A stretch of DNA of 64,000 nt from Anaerolineaceae bacterium UBA2260 (GTDB taxonomy: Bacteria; Chloroflexota; Anaerolineae; Anaerolineales; Anaerolineaceae), in contig DDXM01000037.1 in NCBI GenBank assembly GCA_002347485.1, positions 16,502 through 80,501 of the forward strand, read 5' to 3'. Made by a program: the position numbers and the translations under genes. A model generated the notes under the pieces. It was not told where the DNA came from. It saw only the letters and a program-made list of their open reading frames with translations, and searched no databases. Positions 8,489 through 19,367 of the stretch are shown one piece after another (within the stretch, counting starts at the first letter, position 1; each line of letters begins with the position of its first letter).

Positions 8489-10307
8489 CCATGAACTGAC
8501 GTTCATACAACTGCGCGTAGAGACCTTTTCGCTGCAGGAGTTCATCATGTGTACCCTGTTCAACGATGCGGCCGCCATCGATCACATGCACCTGGTCGGC
8601 GTTGCGTACCGTGCTTAAGCGGTGGGCGATCACCAATGCGGTGCGGCCGTGCAGCAGCCTGGCGATAGCGTCCTGTAACAGCGCTTCGGTCACTGAGTCA
8701 ATGTTGGCGGTAGCTTCATCGAGGATCAGGATGCGCGGGTCAGTGAGCAGCGCGCGGGCGATGCTGATCAATTGCCGCTGCCCCTGCGAAAGGTTTACAC
8801 CGCCTTCGAGCACGCGGGTCTGGTAGCCATCCGGCAGGCGGCTGATGAATTCATGCGCGTTAGCCTGACGGGCAGCCTGCACCATCTCCTCATCGCTGGC
8901 ATCTGGATTACCATACTTGATGTTTTCCGCCAACGTGCGCGAAAACAGGAAAGGATCCTGCGAGATCACCCGCACCTGTTTATGCAGCGAAGCGGTTGTG
9001 ATCTGACGCAGGTCGACACCATCGATGGTGATGGCTCCCTCGGATACCTCGTAGAACCGGGCGATCAGGTTGGCGATGGTGGTCTTACCCGCGCCGGTCG
9101 GTCCGACCAGGGCGGCGGTTTTTCCCGCCGGGATGACCAGGTTAATATTCTCAAGCACTTCAGGCAGTTCCGGCCTGTATTTAAACGACACATTCGTGAA
9201 CCGGATCTCTCCGTGCTTGATCTCAAAAGGCCGCGCTTCCGGCGAATCACCGATCTCCACTGGCGTATCCAGCAGGTTCACAACCTGTTCACCACCCGCC
9301 ATGGCAGATTGGAAAGTAGTGTAAATGCGGCTCAATTCCTGGATTGGTTGGAAAAAGCGCGATACATAGGTTAGAAAAGCGACCATGATGCCGAGGGTGA
9401 CCTCACCGCCCAACACGAATTTTCCGCCGAACCATAGCACGATCACAGTTGCCAGCATGCCGAGGATTTCGATCGTTGGCAGGAAGATAAAAGATAAGTT
9501 CATTGCCTTGATATAAGCGTTGCGATTGTAGCGGTTCACCTGCTCGAAGCGGTCCTGGCTGGTCTTTTCGCGCGTGAAAGCCTGGATGGCGCGGATACCA
9601 TTAATGTCTTCAGCCAGATCACCCACAACCGCTGCCACGCTGGAGCGGGTCTGGCGGAAAGCTTTGCGCGCCTGGCGTGAAAAGAGCCAGGTAGCCAGCA
9701 CCATCAGCGGCAGCACGATGAAGGTGAGCAAGGCGAGCTTGGGGCTCATGCCGAGCATGATGATGATGATCCCCACCAGCACCACTATGTCACCCAGCAG
9801 CGTGATGACGCCCTGCGAAAGCAATTCATTGATCTCGGCGACATCGTTGATGACGCGTGAAACAGTCACGCCGACGATGCGCTGGTCGTGGTAAGCGAGG
9901 GGCAGGCGCTGCAGATGGCGGAAGAGATCTCCGCGCAGGGTGGCCAGCACGCGCTGCCCGACCCACGCCAGCGAGTAGTTTTGGATCGAACTGACGACGA
10001 ATAACAGGGCGAAGGCAAGAGCGATCAACACTGAAATGCGCCCCAAACCAACCAGGTCGCCGGGGGTGATGTACTGGTCGATCGCCACTTTGATCAGGTA
10101 AGGGGTGAGCAGGGTTAGCCCCGATTGAACCAGCGTGAGCAGGAACGCGACGAACATGCGCCATTTGTGAGGGGCAAGGTAGGCGAGCATGCGCCGCACC
10201 ACGCGCGGATTATAAACATCACCGCCCTTGATTTCTGCACTGCCAAAATCTTCAAGCAGCGAGCGGGGTCCGAGGCCGAACGAAGAGGGTCCGATGGAAA
10301 AACTCAT
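8481..10307 (-). CDS. ABC exporter, fused permease/ATPase (type IV exporter fold, MsbA/MdlB-like), subunit B
   Basis: A six-helix TMD is followed by an NBD with Walker A GPTGAGKTT, signature LSQGQRQ and Walker B ILILDEAT. The start overlaps the upstream partner by 4 nt. Confidence 0.9.
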   Translation of the reverse strand: MSFSIGPSSFGLGPRSLLEDFGSAEIKGGDVYNPRVVRRMLAYLAPHKWRMFVAFLLTLVQSGLTLLTPYLIKVAIDQYITPGDLVGLGRISVLIALAFALLFVVSSIQNYSLAWVGQRVLATLRGDLFRHLQRLPLAYHDQRIVGVTVSRVINDVAEINELLSQGVITLLGDIVVLVGIIIIMLGMSPKLALLTFIVLPLMVLATWLFSRQARKAFRQTRSSVAAVVGDLAEDINGIRAIQAFTREKTSQDRFEQVNRYNRNAYIKAMNLSFIFLPTIEILGMLATVIVLWFGGKFVLGGEVTLGIMVAFLTYVSRFFQPIQELSRIYTTFQSAMAGGEQVVNLLDTPVEIGDSPEARPFEIKHGEIRFTNVSFKYRPELPEVLENINLVIPAGKTAALVGPTGAGKTTIANLIARFYEVSEGAITIDGVDLRQITTASLHKQVRVISQDPFLFSRTLAENIKYGNPDASDEEMVQAARQANAHEFISRLPDGYQTRVLEGGVNLSQGQRQLISIARALLTDPRILILDEATANIDSVTEALLQDAIARLLHGRTALVIAHRLSTVRNADQVHVIDGGRIVEQGTHDELLQRKGLYAQLYERQFMEK

Positions 10308-12130
10308 GGGTTGCCCTCCTGTTTTTTGAGCTGCTGATTGTAGATGGAACGATATACGCTTGAGGTGGCCAGTAATTCTTCGTGCGTACCGCGCGCGGTT
10401 ATGGCGCCGGAATCCAGCACCAGGATCAGGTCAGCGTTGCGCACAGTGCTGAGACGGTGCGCGATCAGGAAGGTCGTACGCTCCTTGACCAGCTCTGCCA
10501 ATGCCAGTTGGATGAGATGTTCTGTCTCGGTATCCACCGAAGCGGTGGCGTCGTCGAGGATGAGGATGCGCGGATCTAGCAGCAGCGCCCGGGCGATGGC
10601 AATACGCTGCTTTTGCCCGCCGGAAAGGGTGACGCCGCGTTCCCCCACCTTTGTGTCATACCCATCCGCGGTTTGCAGGATGAAATTATGCGCCTGCGCG
10701 GCCTTGGCTGCTCTCACCACTTCCGCATCGCTGGCGTTCTCGTTGCCGAAGGCGATGTTCTCGCGGATGGTCGCGGCGAAGAGTGTGGTCTCTTGCAGCA
10801 CGATACCAATCTGCTCACGCAAGGATTTCAGCGTGACCTTGCGTATGTCGACCTCATCCACCAGGATGCGTCCGGCGGTTGGGTCGTAAAACCGTGGAAT
10901 CAGGTTGATGATGGAGGATTTTCCTGAACCGGTGAGCCCCAGTAAGGCTACTTTCTGACCGGGTTGGATATCGAATGAAATGTTATCAAGGATACGGTTG
11001 CGCCCGTAACCGAATGAAACGTTTTCGAACCGCACCCGCCCGCGCACATTTTTCAAAGCGATGGCGTCTGGGGCATCGCGTACTTCGGAAACAGTATCCA
11101 GCACATCGAAGATGCGTTCTGATGCCGATCCGGCAATGGCTACCGCGGGGATGATCATCCCCAGGCGGCGTACCGGGTCAACTAGCTGACCGACGTAACT
11201 GATAAAGGCGACAATGGTGCCGATGGTGATACTTCCCTCGATCACCTGCGATCCGCCGTAGTAAATGATGGCGACCATGCCCAAGTTGGCGATGAGAAAC
11301 AGCAGAGGCAGGTTGAGTGACTGCATGCGTGCGGACAGGTTGGAGAGGCTAAACCAGCGGTCATTTTCCCGGTCGAAACGCTCGATCTCCGCTTCTTCCT
11401 GGTTGTAAGCCTTCACCACCCGCGTACCGCGCAGGTTCTGCTCCACCGTGGTGGTGAGCACGGCGAGCTGCTTTTGCACCAGCATGGAAAGCGGGCGGAA
11501 GCGTGCGCCAAAGCGTAGCGCCTGCAACACCAGCAGGGGCATGGTGAGCAGTACCAGCAAGGCCAGTTTCATGTCCATGGTTAACAAGATGACCGCGGTG
11601 ATCACCAGCATCAGGCTGGCTTCGAGGATACGCAGGGTGGCACGCCCGGTGAGGAAGCGCACGCGCTCAACATCCTGCACGGCACGCGAAAGCAGCTCCC
11701 CGGTTTCAGATTGATCGTGGAAGGAAAAGGATAGTTGCGTCAGTTTACGCTGCAGGTCATTGCGTAGGTCGAAAGCCACGTTCTGCGAACTGGTTTCTGT
11801 GAACAGTCCCTGGAAATAATTGAGTACGCCTTTGATGAGTGTCAACACGAGCAGCGCGAGCACTGACCAGGTGAGCACGTTCAGTTGCTTGCCAATAATT
11901 CCCTGGTCGATGATCCAGCGGGTGAATTGCGGTATCGCCGCGTTGATGGCCAGCATCAGCAGCAACGAGACATAGGCACCCGCTGTTTGCTTCCAATACG
12001 GGCGCAGGTAGCCATACGCTCTGCGTAGGACTTGCAACAATGGCGCGGACGGCATGGGCAACGCGGCTGGTTGATTTGGACGTAGGTAACTGTTCTTTTT
12101 ATCTTTCATCGGACAGGGAAAAGAATACAC
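10304..12130 (-). CDS. ABC exporter, fused permease/ATPase, subunit A (heterodimer partner)
   Basis: Walker A is GLTGSGKSS, the signature is LSGGQKQ and Walker B is ILILDDAT. The pair has the same length and is translationally coupled. The start is either the GTG at 12130 or the ATG at 12109. Confidence 0.9.
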   Translation of the reverse strand: MYSFPCPMKDKKNSYLRPNQPAALPMPSAPLLQVLRRAYGYLRPYWKQTAGAYVSLLLMLAINAAIPQFTRWIIDQGIIGKQLNVLTWSVLALLVLTLIKGVLNYFQGLFTETSSQNVAFDLRNDLQRKLTQLSFSFHDQSETGELLSRAVQDVERVRFLTGRATLRILEASLMLVITAVILLTMDMKLALLVLLTMPLLVLQALRFGARFRPLSMLVQKQLAVLTTTVEQNLRGTRVVKAYNQEEAEIERFDRENDRWFSLSNLSARMQSLNLPLLFLIANLGMVAIIYYGGSQVIEGSITIGTIVAFISYVGQLVDPVRRLGMIIPAVAIAGSASERIFDVLDTVSEVRDAPDAIALKNVRGRVRFENVSFGYGRNRILDNISFDIQPGQKVALLGLTGSGKSSIINLIPRFYDPTAGRILVDEVDIRKVTLKSLREQIGIVLQETTLFAATIRENIAFGNENASDAEVVRAAKAAQAHNFILQTADGYDTKVGERGVTLSGGQKQRIAIARALLLDPRILILDDATASVDTETEHLIQLALAELVKERTTFLIAHRLSTVRNADLILVLDSGAITARGTHEELLATSSVYRSIYNQQLKKQEGNP

Positions 12131-12268
12131 CCAAAAGGTAAAATATTCAAAGTGTGGTTTGTTATGTTTATTTGTCTCCTATGGTCACAAAAAAACGTTT
12201 GTGTAAATCAAAATAGGTCGAACCGGGAATAAGATATACTTTATTGAGTCAGTCCGATATTCGATGAG

Positions 12269-13357
12269 GTGAAGTGGGTGCGGATCGCGATCGTGCATGA
12301 CGCGTTGTGTGTAGCGGGAGGCGCGGAACGCCTGGTGTTGTGGATGGCGAAAGCCTTCCCTGGCGTGCCTATTTACACGTCCGTTTACCTGCCTGCTGGT
12401 ACGTTCTCAGAGTTTCGGCATAGGGATGTGCGGGTATTACCGTTGGCACGCTTTATCCGCTCGGAGCGGCAATTTAAATTGCTTTATCCCTTGTGGCTGT
12501 ACCTCATTCAGCGGTTGGATTTTCGTGATTTTGATGTCGTGTTATCCTCCTCCACCTACCTGGCGAAATTCATCACACCTGCCCCTGGCGTGAAACACGC
12601 CTGTTACCTCTATGCGCCGTTTCGCCTGTTGTGGAAACCCGAATCCTATAGCGGGGAGAGCCTGCCAACCCCGGTGGCAGCTTCCGGCATGGTCAAGAGA
12701 ATTGTTCCGTTGCTGCGCAAGTGGGACCTGCGCCGCACCCGCGCCATTCCAAAGCTGGCCACCTCCTGCCGCAACATGGCGGACGAGATCCAGAAGGTCT
12801 ACAGTATGCCCGCGGCCATCCTTTACCCGCCGGTGGAGATTCCCGCTGAGATACCCGCCAGGGAGGGGACGGAGTATTACCTCTCGGTCTCGCGGCTCAT
12901 CTCCCACAAGCGGGTTGACATTGCGGTTAAGGCTTGCGCTCAAACAGGCCGGAAACTGGTGGTGGTCGGCGACGGTCCGGAGCGGGCAAAGCTTGAGCAG
13001 ATGGCGGGCGAGGGAATCACCTTTGCGGGCAGGGTGAGTGATGAGCAGTTACAAGCGCTATACCGCGGCGCGAAAGGGCTGATCTTCCCAAGTTATGAGG
13101 ATTACGGCATTGTGCCGCTGGAGGCGCAAGCTTGGGGGGTACCTGTGATCGCGTATGGGAAAGGCGGCTCACTGGAGACCGTGCAGGAGAGCATCAGTGG
13201 GATGTTTTTTGACCGCCAGGAGGTGGATTCACTGGTGGAGGCGTTGAACAGGTTTGAAGCCGCTTCGTTCGATCCGGAGCAGATCCGCCGCTGGGTAAGC
13301 CGGTTTGATGTGAAAAGTTTCATGCGCGGGTTACAAGAGTTTGTCATGCAGGACTGA
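12269..13357 (+). CDS. Glycosyltransferase family 4 (GT-B, retaining type)
   Basis: The start is GTG. The N-terminus reads VHDALCVAGGAERL. The C-terminal EX7E region reads EDYGIVPLEAQAWGVPVIAYGKGGSLETV. Confidence 0.85.
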   Translation: MKWVRIAIVHDALCVAGGAERLVLWMAKAFPGVPIYTSVYLPAGTFSEFRHRDVRVLPLARFIRSERQFKLLYPLWLYLIQRLDFRDFDVVLSSSTYLAKFITPAPGVKHACYLYAPFRLLWKPESYSGESLPTPVAASGMVKRIVPLLRKWDLRRTRAIPKLATSCRNMADEIQKVYSMPAAILYPPVEIPAEIPAREGTEYYLSVSRLISHKRVDIAVKACAQTGRKLVVVGDGPERAKLEQMAGEGITFAGRVSDEQLQALYRGAKGLIFPSYEDYGIVPLEAQAWGVPVIAYGKGGSLETVQESISGMFFDRQEVDSLVEALNRFEAASFDPEQIRRWVSRFDVKSFMRGLQEFVMQD

Positions 13358-13409
13358 GCCAGATAATAAACCTGACATCTGTTGTACAATACCATCAGGA
13401 TAAAAAGGT

Positions 13410-14876
13410 GTGACATTGGGGCTTTCCGGTAAAAAGACGAATCCCGGTCTTGGGATCACGAACGAATATAAACCTCTATTGGTTTCGGGCTTGCTTCTGG
13501 CTGCAGACCTGGTTGCCATCGTGCTGGCGTTCTTTATTTCATTCTTCGCGCGTAAGTGGCTCATTGGTCTAATCGGCGGGGTGTTGAGTTTTGAGCAAGT
13601 TGCCCCGCTCTTTTTGCTCGTTATCATTTTCATCCTTGTCATCTTCGTATTCGCTGGCTTTTACCCCGGGCATGGGCGCACCGGGGTGGTGGAGTTCCGG
13701 GAGATCGTTTACATTGTTTCCTTTGCACACATCATCGTCGGGCTCATAATCTTCATACTTGGGTATGGGCCGCGTTTATCCAGGCTGGTCTTCCTCTTTA
13801 ATTGGATCCTGTCGCTCCTTTTGATCACATCATTCAGATTGATCCTGCACAACCGCGGATCGTTGCAGTCCTGGTGGGGTCAACCGGCGGTGATCATTGG
13901 CGGCTTACAGGATGCCAAAGCAGTTATCTGCCACCTGCAATCAGCGCGGCGCATCGCCTACCGGCCTGTGGCGGCAATCCTCCTTGATCGGGAGGAGTTT
14001 GAAAAATCGATCCTTGGAGTACCCTGCTTTGCGTACTCTGAAAGCCTGCTGGTAGAGATGCGCAAGCTGGACATTCGGTTGGCGATTTTCACCAGCCGCA
14101 CCACATCCGCGCATTTGGGATTCCGCAAATATTTGCAGAACCTGAGCCTGGTCTTCCCGAAACTCATCTATGTGTTGGGGGATTCCCCGCTCAACATGCT
14201 TGCCATGAAAACCATGGATCTCGACGGACACCCCGCGCTGCTTGTTCAATATAATCTGCTCAGCCCGGCGTCGCGTGTGCTGAAGCGCGTTTCCGACCTG
14301 CTGCTCAGCCTGGTATCGCTTGTCATCACTTTTCCACTTTTTCTTTTTTTTAGCCTGTTGATCTGGATCGATTCACCCGGACCAATCATCTACACCCAGC
14401 AGCGAATGGGAAGGGGTGGCAGGATCTTTAACATCTATAAGTTCCGTACAATGGTGGTAGGCGCGGAGGAAAAATTAAAAACCCTGGTCGAGGAAAATGA
14501 AGCTTTGCGCGTGGAATATGAGACCTACCATAAACTGCAAAACGATCCACGTGTCACGCGTGTGGGCAAGTTCCTGCGCAAGATCAGTTTTGACGAATTC
14601 CCCCAGATCCTCAATGTGATCAAGGGTGAGATGAGCTGGGTGGGCCCACGCGCTTACCTGCCCTCTGAACTCGAGCAGATGGGAGATTCGGCAGCGATCA
14701 TTCATCGCGTTTCGCCAGGGTTAACCGGTTGGTGGCAAGTGATGGGAAGGCACAGTTTGAGTTTTAGCGACCGTTTGCGGCTCGATGAATATTACATCAG
14801 CAATTTCTCGTTACTGATGGATGTTTTCATTATCTTAAAAACTTTTTTCGTCGTGATCAGCGGGCGCGGCGCCTGA
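13410..14876 (+). CDS. Polyprenyl-phosphate sugar-phosphate transferase, WbaP-type (TM block, Rossmann-like domain, C-terminal catalytic domain)
   Basis: The C-terminal Bac_transf signature is [26 protein letters not shown] ... [21 protein letters not shown]. It is preceded by about 4 TM helices and an IIGG...ILLD nucleotide-binding-like domain, which is the canonical large-PGT order. Confidence 0.9.
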   Translation: MTLGLSGKKTNPGLGITNEYKPLLVSGLLLAADLVAIVLAFFISFFARKWLIGLIGGVLSFEQVAPLFLLVIIFILVIFVFAGFYPGHGRTGVVEFREIVYIVSFAHIIVGLIIFILGYGPRLSRLVFLFNWILSLLLITSFRLILHNRGSLQSWWGQPAVIIGGLQDAKAVICHLQSARRIAYRPVAAILLDREEFEKSILGVPCFAYSESLLVEMRKLDIRLAIFTSRTTSAHLGFRKYLQNLSLVFPKLIYVLGDSPLNMLAMKTMDLDGHPALLVQYNLLSPASRVLKRVSDLLLSLVSLVITFPLFLFFSLLIWIDSPGPIIYTQQRMGRGGRIFNIYKFRTMVVGAEEKLKTLVEENEALRVEYETYHKLQNDPRVTRVGKFLRKISFDEFPQILNVIKGEMSWVGPRAYLPSELEQMGDSAAIIHRVSPGLTGWWQVMGRHSLSFSDRLRLDEYYISNFSLLMDVFIILKTFFVVISGRGA

Positions 14877-14942
14877 GTGGAATTTACCTTCCAGCGAATG
14901 CCATGTTCGTGAACCGTTTGATCAGTTCAGCGAGTTTGGTAG

Positions 14943-17477
14943 ATGAAGTCAAAGCCTGAGCGATTATTTAATCTTTTCCTCTTGGTCTCGATCATCGAGG
15001 GATTCATCGTTGCAGCAGTCATGCTTGCCATCCCTGGAGACCCCAAGAACGCCTTCCTTTTCGGCTATTCAAAAAATCGCCTGGTTCTAGTTGCAGCGGC
15101 CTTGGTCATTCTGACCATACTGGTCATCGCGTTATTCAACAAGAGAATTTATAACAGCTTGGTCCAACTTGCGAGCCGTTCAAAAAACATGGCGCGCGGC
15201 GCGCCGTGGTTTGGCGGGTTAGGCGCTTTGATGCTCTGGCTGACCGTTTTCACACCCGCTTACCGCCTTGAAGAGTTGGCTGCCAGTTTTACCCGCCTGC
15301 AGCCACTACTCATCTGGGTTGCCCTGATCATTGTCCAGTTCGCTCTGCTGGTCTGGCTCATAACTGGTGAAGGTAATTTCGTCAATATTAAGGCTGAGCT
15401 CAACCCTTATCGGCGGCTGATCTTTATTGGGTTCGCAATATTTGTTGCAACCTCGTTGGTTTTTCTTGTCCTCTCGCTCGCGGGAGGGGATTTTTCAGGC
15501 AATCAGCTGTACTTCCCACCCGGTGCTCCTCTTTCAGCGCTGCAGGTGATGGCTGCGTGGGTGGTCTTCCTGCTGCTGCTGATAGTCGAAAAGAAATACA
15601 GGCTTGGTAAAGCGTGGGCTCGGATTCTGCCAGTGGTTTTCTTTATCGCCATCTGGGCAATCACTTTCGTTACCTGGCTTTCCACCCCGCTGGCCTGCAC
15701 CGATGACCGCCCGGGTCCGTACCCGCCCAATTATGTGTGTTACCCGCACGTAAATGACGCGGTGTACAGCATAGGGTCGCATTACATCACCCTCGGGCAT
15801 GGGGTGAACAATCACTGGTTGACCGACAAACCGCTTTACATGGCTTTTCTCGCCCTCGGTCAGGCGGTGGCAGGTCCGGGCATTGAGGATTATTTGATCT
15901 TCCAGGTAGCAGTGGTAGCGCTGTTGCCAGCGCTACTTTACTTTGCCGGGCGAAAAAAGGTTGGCAGTGCATTTGGGTTACTGCTGGCGGGGTTGGCAAC
16001 TTTGCAGGGGGCTTATAGTCTGTTGCTCTACCGTGCCGTGGGCAGCGTCAATGTCAAACTCGAAAATCCGGAAGTGCTCACCGCGCTTGTTTTGCTGGTT
16101 TTTGGCTTTACCTTGTTCAAATGGTTATCTGATCCAGATGATTTGAAGTGGGCGATCTTATCCGGCGGAACCCTGAGCCTGGCGACGCTGTTGCGATTCA
16201 ACCCGGTGTTTATCATCCCTGTGCTCCTGCTGGTTTTGATCCTCGCGAACCGCAGGCATCTCCGTGGCGTGATTAAACCCGCGCTGTTATTCCTGCTGGC
16301 TTTTGGGCTGGTTTTTACGCCCTGGTTCCTCGCCGCGACCGATCGTAATGGGCGGAATCACTACTTTACGAAAATCGATGAAGTGATCTCGAGCCGTTTC
16401 GGTTCCAACCAGGACACCGCGCCGCAATCAGACAGTATTTCACCGGCAAAGAAAACAACGGCAGCGAAAGACGACATAATCACTTATCAGCTGGGTGCCA
16501 TTGACAAAGCCGGCGTGGAAGGCATTCTTTTCCATTTTCTCAACAATTACTACGGTGGATTGGCGAAATTACCCACAACGATTTTCCTGCATCCTATTGA
16601 AGAACAGGTGAATGAAGGAATCTGGGATATCCGGAGCGCGCAACCGCTGTGGAAGAAAAATCTACGAGTAGAGAATCTGCTGGCATTAGCGCTCAACCTG
16701 GCGCTGGTGCTGGCTGGCGTGATCGCAGCGTGGAAGAAATATGGCCTCGCCGGACTAACCGGCATCATCATTCAGGCAGGTTATTACGCCGGGAACGCGG
16801 TCTCGCAGACTTCGGGCGGCAGGTACCTCGAGCCGGTGCATTGGGTCACGCTGGTATATTACTGCCTGGGAATCCTAACCCTCACGCTGTTGTTGTTCAG
16901 AGTTTTCTCCCGCCAAAGTGAGATATTCGGCGAAATTCCTTCTGCTAACGGATCGGCACCCCTGAAGCGCTCATACGGAAAAAGAATAATATTTTCCCTG
17001 CTGGGGTACTGCCTGCTGATTGGGCTGGTGCTGCCTGCGCTGAATCTGTTGCCCTCTTCGCTGCCGGCGGAAAATGACATTGCCATAGAGGAGAAGGCTT
17101 ATACCGTCCTCTCAACCGCAGGTGTCGTCACCGAATCTCAGTGGACGGCATTCCTGGCTAACGACGATCATGTGCTGGTGCAGGGGGTGGGGTACCACCC
17201 GCGTTACTATCGAAGTAATTTTTATCGCGCGGGGAATTTGAGCTTTGAGTTGATGCTGCTGGCAAAGGATCACGTTTTCGTCGGTTATTCCCCCCGCATC
17301 GAGCCGCGGGAAACCTTCAGCGACGGCAGCGGGGTGATATTGGTGGGCTGCCGCATCGGAGAGGATACACTTTGGGCAGCCGAGCGGGTGATCCTCGAGT
17401 CGATTGCCGTGATCCAGCTGGACTACGAGGAACAACTTTTGCTGGATGGACAGCCGGATTGGAACTGCGGACAGTAG
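14943..17477 (+). CDS. Large polytopic membrane protein, candidate GT-C-fold (ArnT/PMT-like) glycosyltransferase or glycan ligase
   Basis: The 844-aa product has 15 or more hydrophobic helices. A loop HVNDAVYSIGSHYITLGHG sits where GT-C enzymes carry the acidic DE/DxD loop after an early helix. The C-terminal soluble domain is about 140 aa. The family assignment is tentative. Confidence 0.4.
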   Translation: MKSKPERLFNLFLLVSIIEGFIVAAVMLAIPGDPKNAFLFGYSKNRLVLVAAALVILTILVIALFNKRIYNSLVQLASRSKNMARGAPWFGGLGALMLWLTVFTPAYRLEELAASFTRLQPLLIWVALIIVQFALLVWLITGEGNFVNIKAELNPYRRLIFIGFAIFVATSLVFLVLSLAGGDFSGNQLYFPPGAPLSALQVMAAWVVFLLLLIVEKKYRLGKAWARILPVVFFIAIWAITFVTWLSTPLACTDDRPGPYPPNYVCYPHVNDAVYSIGSHYITLGHGVNNHWLTDKPLYMAFLALGQAVAGPGIEDYLIFQVAVVALLPALLYFAGRKKVGSAFGLLLAGLATLQGAYSLLLYRAVGSVNVKLENPEVLTALVLLVFGFTLFKWLSDPDDLKWAILSGGTLSLATLLRFNPVFIIPVLLLVLILANRRHLRGVIKPALLFLLAFGLVFTPWFLAATDRNGRNHYFTKIDEVISSRFGSNQDTAPQSDSISPAKKTTAAKDDIITYQLGAIDKAGVEGILFHFLNNYYGGLAKLPTTIFLHPIEEQVNEGIWDIRSAQPLWKKNLRVENLLALALNLALVLAGVIAAWKKYGLAGLTGIIIQAGYYAGNAVSQTSGGRYLEPVHWVTLVYYCLGILTLTLLLFRVFSRQSEIFGEIPSANGSAPLKRSYGKRIIFSLLGYCLLIGLVLPALNLLPSSLPAENDIAIEEKAYTVLSTAGVVTESQWTAFLANDDHVLVQGVGYHPRYYRSNFYRAGNLSFELMLLAKDHVFVGYSPRIEPRETFSDGSGVILVGCRIGEDTLWAAERVILESIAVIQLDYEEQLLLDGQPDWNCGQ

Positions 17478-17496
17478 ACTGAAACTATTCGCGTAG

Positions 17497-17512
17497 ATGA
17501 AATCGATTTCAT
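17497..17512. promoter_or_regulatory. 16-bp perfect palindrome ATGAAATCGATTTCAT
   Basis: I read this directly from the sequence. It lies 20 nt after the stop of the 844-aa gene and about 130 nt upstream of the predicted gmd promoter. It could be an operator or a short hairpin. Confidence 0.3.
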
Positions 17513-17639
17513 GTTGCCCCCACCTACGCAAGTCCTTTATCGATGATGCGCGGACAGGTCTTCGATTGTTATTTTCCGATCTGACGATCAAACGACATCA
17601 CGTCTGGGTGATATGGGTACTCGTCAGCGCGGTAAAAAT

Positions 17640-17648
17640 TGATACAAT
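17640..17648 (+). promoter_or_regulatory. Extended -10 promoter TGaTACAAT for the gmd-rml operon
   Basis: TGATACAAT lies at 17640-17648, about 37 nt upstream of the GTG start. GAGGGA sits just before the start. Confidence 0.4.
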
Positions 17649-17684
17649 AAAAGGCACTAAAAAAACTTCTCACTGTGAGGGATT

Positions 17685-18668
17685 GTGAAAAGAGCGCTCA
17701 TCACTGGCATCACCGGGCAGGATGGCTCCTACCTGGCTGAACTTCTCCTTGGCAAAGGCTATCAGGTGCATGGGGTTGTACTGCGCAGCGAGATCGAAGA
17801 CCCCGGTCGCTCGCTGGCGCGCCTGGCGGGCTTCATCGATCAGCTCACATTACATGTGGGTTCGATCGAATCTTATCCATCGCTGCAGGGCATCATGGAG
17901 AAGGTGGACCCACACGAGTGTTACCACCTGGCAGCGTCATCGTTCGTTTCCTATTCCTTCGATGAGGAATTTGCGATTTTCGATACCAACATCAACGGCA
18001 CGCATAACGTGCTCTCAGCGCTCAAGAATTCCGCGCCCCAGTGCCGGTTCTATTTTGCCGGTTCCTCCGAGTTGTTCGGCAGGGCGAAAACTTCCCCGCA
18101 GAACGAAGACACTCCCTTCAATCCGCGTTCCGCGTATGGCATCACCAAGACAACCGGTTATTACCTGACCTCGAACTACCGTGAGAATTACGGCATCTTT
18201 GCCTGCACCGGCATCGCCTACAACCATGAATCACCCCGCCGTGGTTTTGAGTACGTTACGCGCAAGATCTCACGCGGGGCTGCGCAGATCAAATTGGGTG
18301 TGATGGATAAGCTGGCTTTGGGCAACCTCGACGCGGTGCGAGATTGGGGCTATGCCCCCGACTACGTCCGCGCCATGTGGTTGATGCTGCAGCAGCCCGA
18401 CCCGCGCGACTACGTCATCGCGACGGGTGAGGGTCACACCATCCGCGAATTCTGCGAACTGGCTTTCGCCCGGCTCGACCTTGATTATCGCGATCACGTG
18501 GTGTTCGATGAAAAGTTCTATCGACCGGTGGAATCCGTGCTGCTCATCGGCGATTCCTCGCGCGCCCAAGCAGAATTGAACTGGAAACCCACGGTCCACT
18601 TTGAGGAATTGGTCCGACTTATGGTGGACGGGGATTACGAAAAGATCAAAGAATCCAAAGGGGAATGA
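17685..18668 (+). CDS. gmd: GDP-mannose 4,6-dehydratase
   Basis: MKRALITGITGQDGSYLAELLLGKGYQVHG, SSELFG, PRSAYGITK, FNHESPRRG and LGNLDAVRDWGYAPDYV match Gmd along the full length. Confidence 0.93.
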   Translation: MKRALITGITGQDGSYLAELLLGKGYQVHGVVLRSEIEDPGRSLARLAGFIDQLTLHVGSIESYPSLQGIMEKVDPHECYHLAASSFVSYSFDEEFAIFDTNINGTHNVLSALKNSAPQCRFYFAGSSELFGRAKTSPQNEDTPFNPRSAYGITKTTGYYLTSNYRENYGIFACTGIAYNHESPRRGFEYVTRKISRGAAQIKLGVMDKLALGNLDAVRDWGYAPDYVRAMWLMLQQPDPRDYVIATGEGHTIREFCELAFARLDLDYRDHVVFDEKFYRPVESVLLIGDSSRAQAELNWKPTVHFEELVRLMVDGDYEKIKESKGE

Positions 18669-18806
18669 CCACACTCAAAATTAAACTCCAGCCGGGATGC
18701 GTCGTCTCCCGGCGAAGTGATTAATATTATAATGTGTTGATTGGTTTGAAATCCTGCCTTCATCCGGTGTCTAAACGGTAATCCTTAAAAACCGCAATTT
18801 TAAATA

Positions 18807-19367
18807 ATGGAGTCCAGTTTGATTTTTTCGCACACCGCCATCCCCGAAGTGATCCTGATCGAACCAGAAGTTCACGGCGATTCGCGTGGATTCTTTATGG
18901 AAACTTACCAAAAACGGCAATTCGCCGCCGCCGGCATCGATCACGACTTTGTACAGGATAACCACTCGCGTTCAGCGCAGGGAACTTTGCGCGGGTTGCA
19001 TTACCAGATCATGCACACACAGGGTAAGTTGTTCCGGGTTATCCTCGGCGAGGTGTACGATGTGGCGGTCGATTTGCGCCGCTCCTCGCCAACCTTCGGC
19101 AAATGGGTGGGTTACACCCTGTCCGCTGAAAATAAATGCCAGCTCTGGATCCCGCCCGGGTTTGGCCATGGATTCTACACACTTTCCGATACTGCTGAAG
19201 TGGTCTACAAAGCGACCGATTATTACTCACCAGAGGATGAACGCTCGCTCCTGTGGGACGATCCGGATATCAATATACAATGGCCGTCGTTAATCAAAGA
19301 AAAGCTTATCCTCTCACCAAAGGATGCGTTGGGCAAGACATTAAAAGAGGCGGAGGTCTTTGCATGA
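18807..19367 (+). CDS. rfbC: dTDP-4-dehydrorhamnose 3,5-epimerase
   Basis: [52 protein letters not shown] and [12 protein letters not shown] are the RmlC cupin signature. Confidence 0.93.
   Translation: MESSLIFSHTAIPEVILIEPEVHGDSRGFFMETYQKRQFAAAGIDHDFVQDNHSRSAQGTLRGLHYQIMHTQGKLFRVILGEVYDVAVDLRRSSPTFGKWVGYTLSAENKCQLWIPPGFGHGFYTLSDTAEVVYKATDYYSPEDERSLLWDDPDINIQWPSLIKEKLILSPKDALGKTLKEAEVFA

Noticed and set aside
17497-17688. 63-aa ORF between the 844-aa gene and gmd.
   Set aside because: It starts inside the 16-bp palindrome and runs across the predicted gmd promoter and RBS into the gmd start. It has no motif support.
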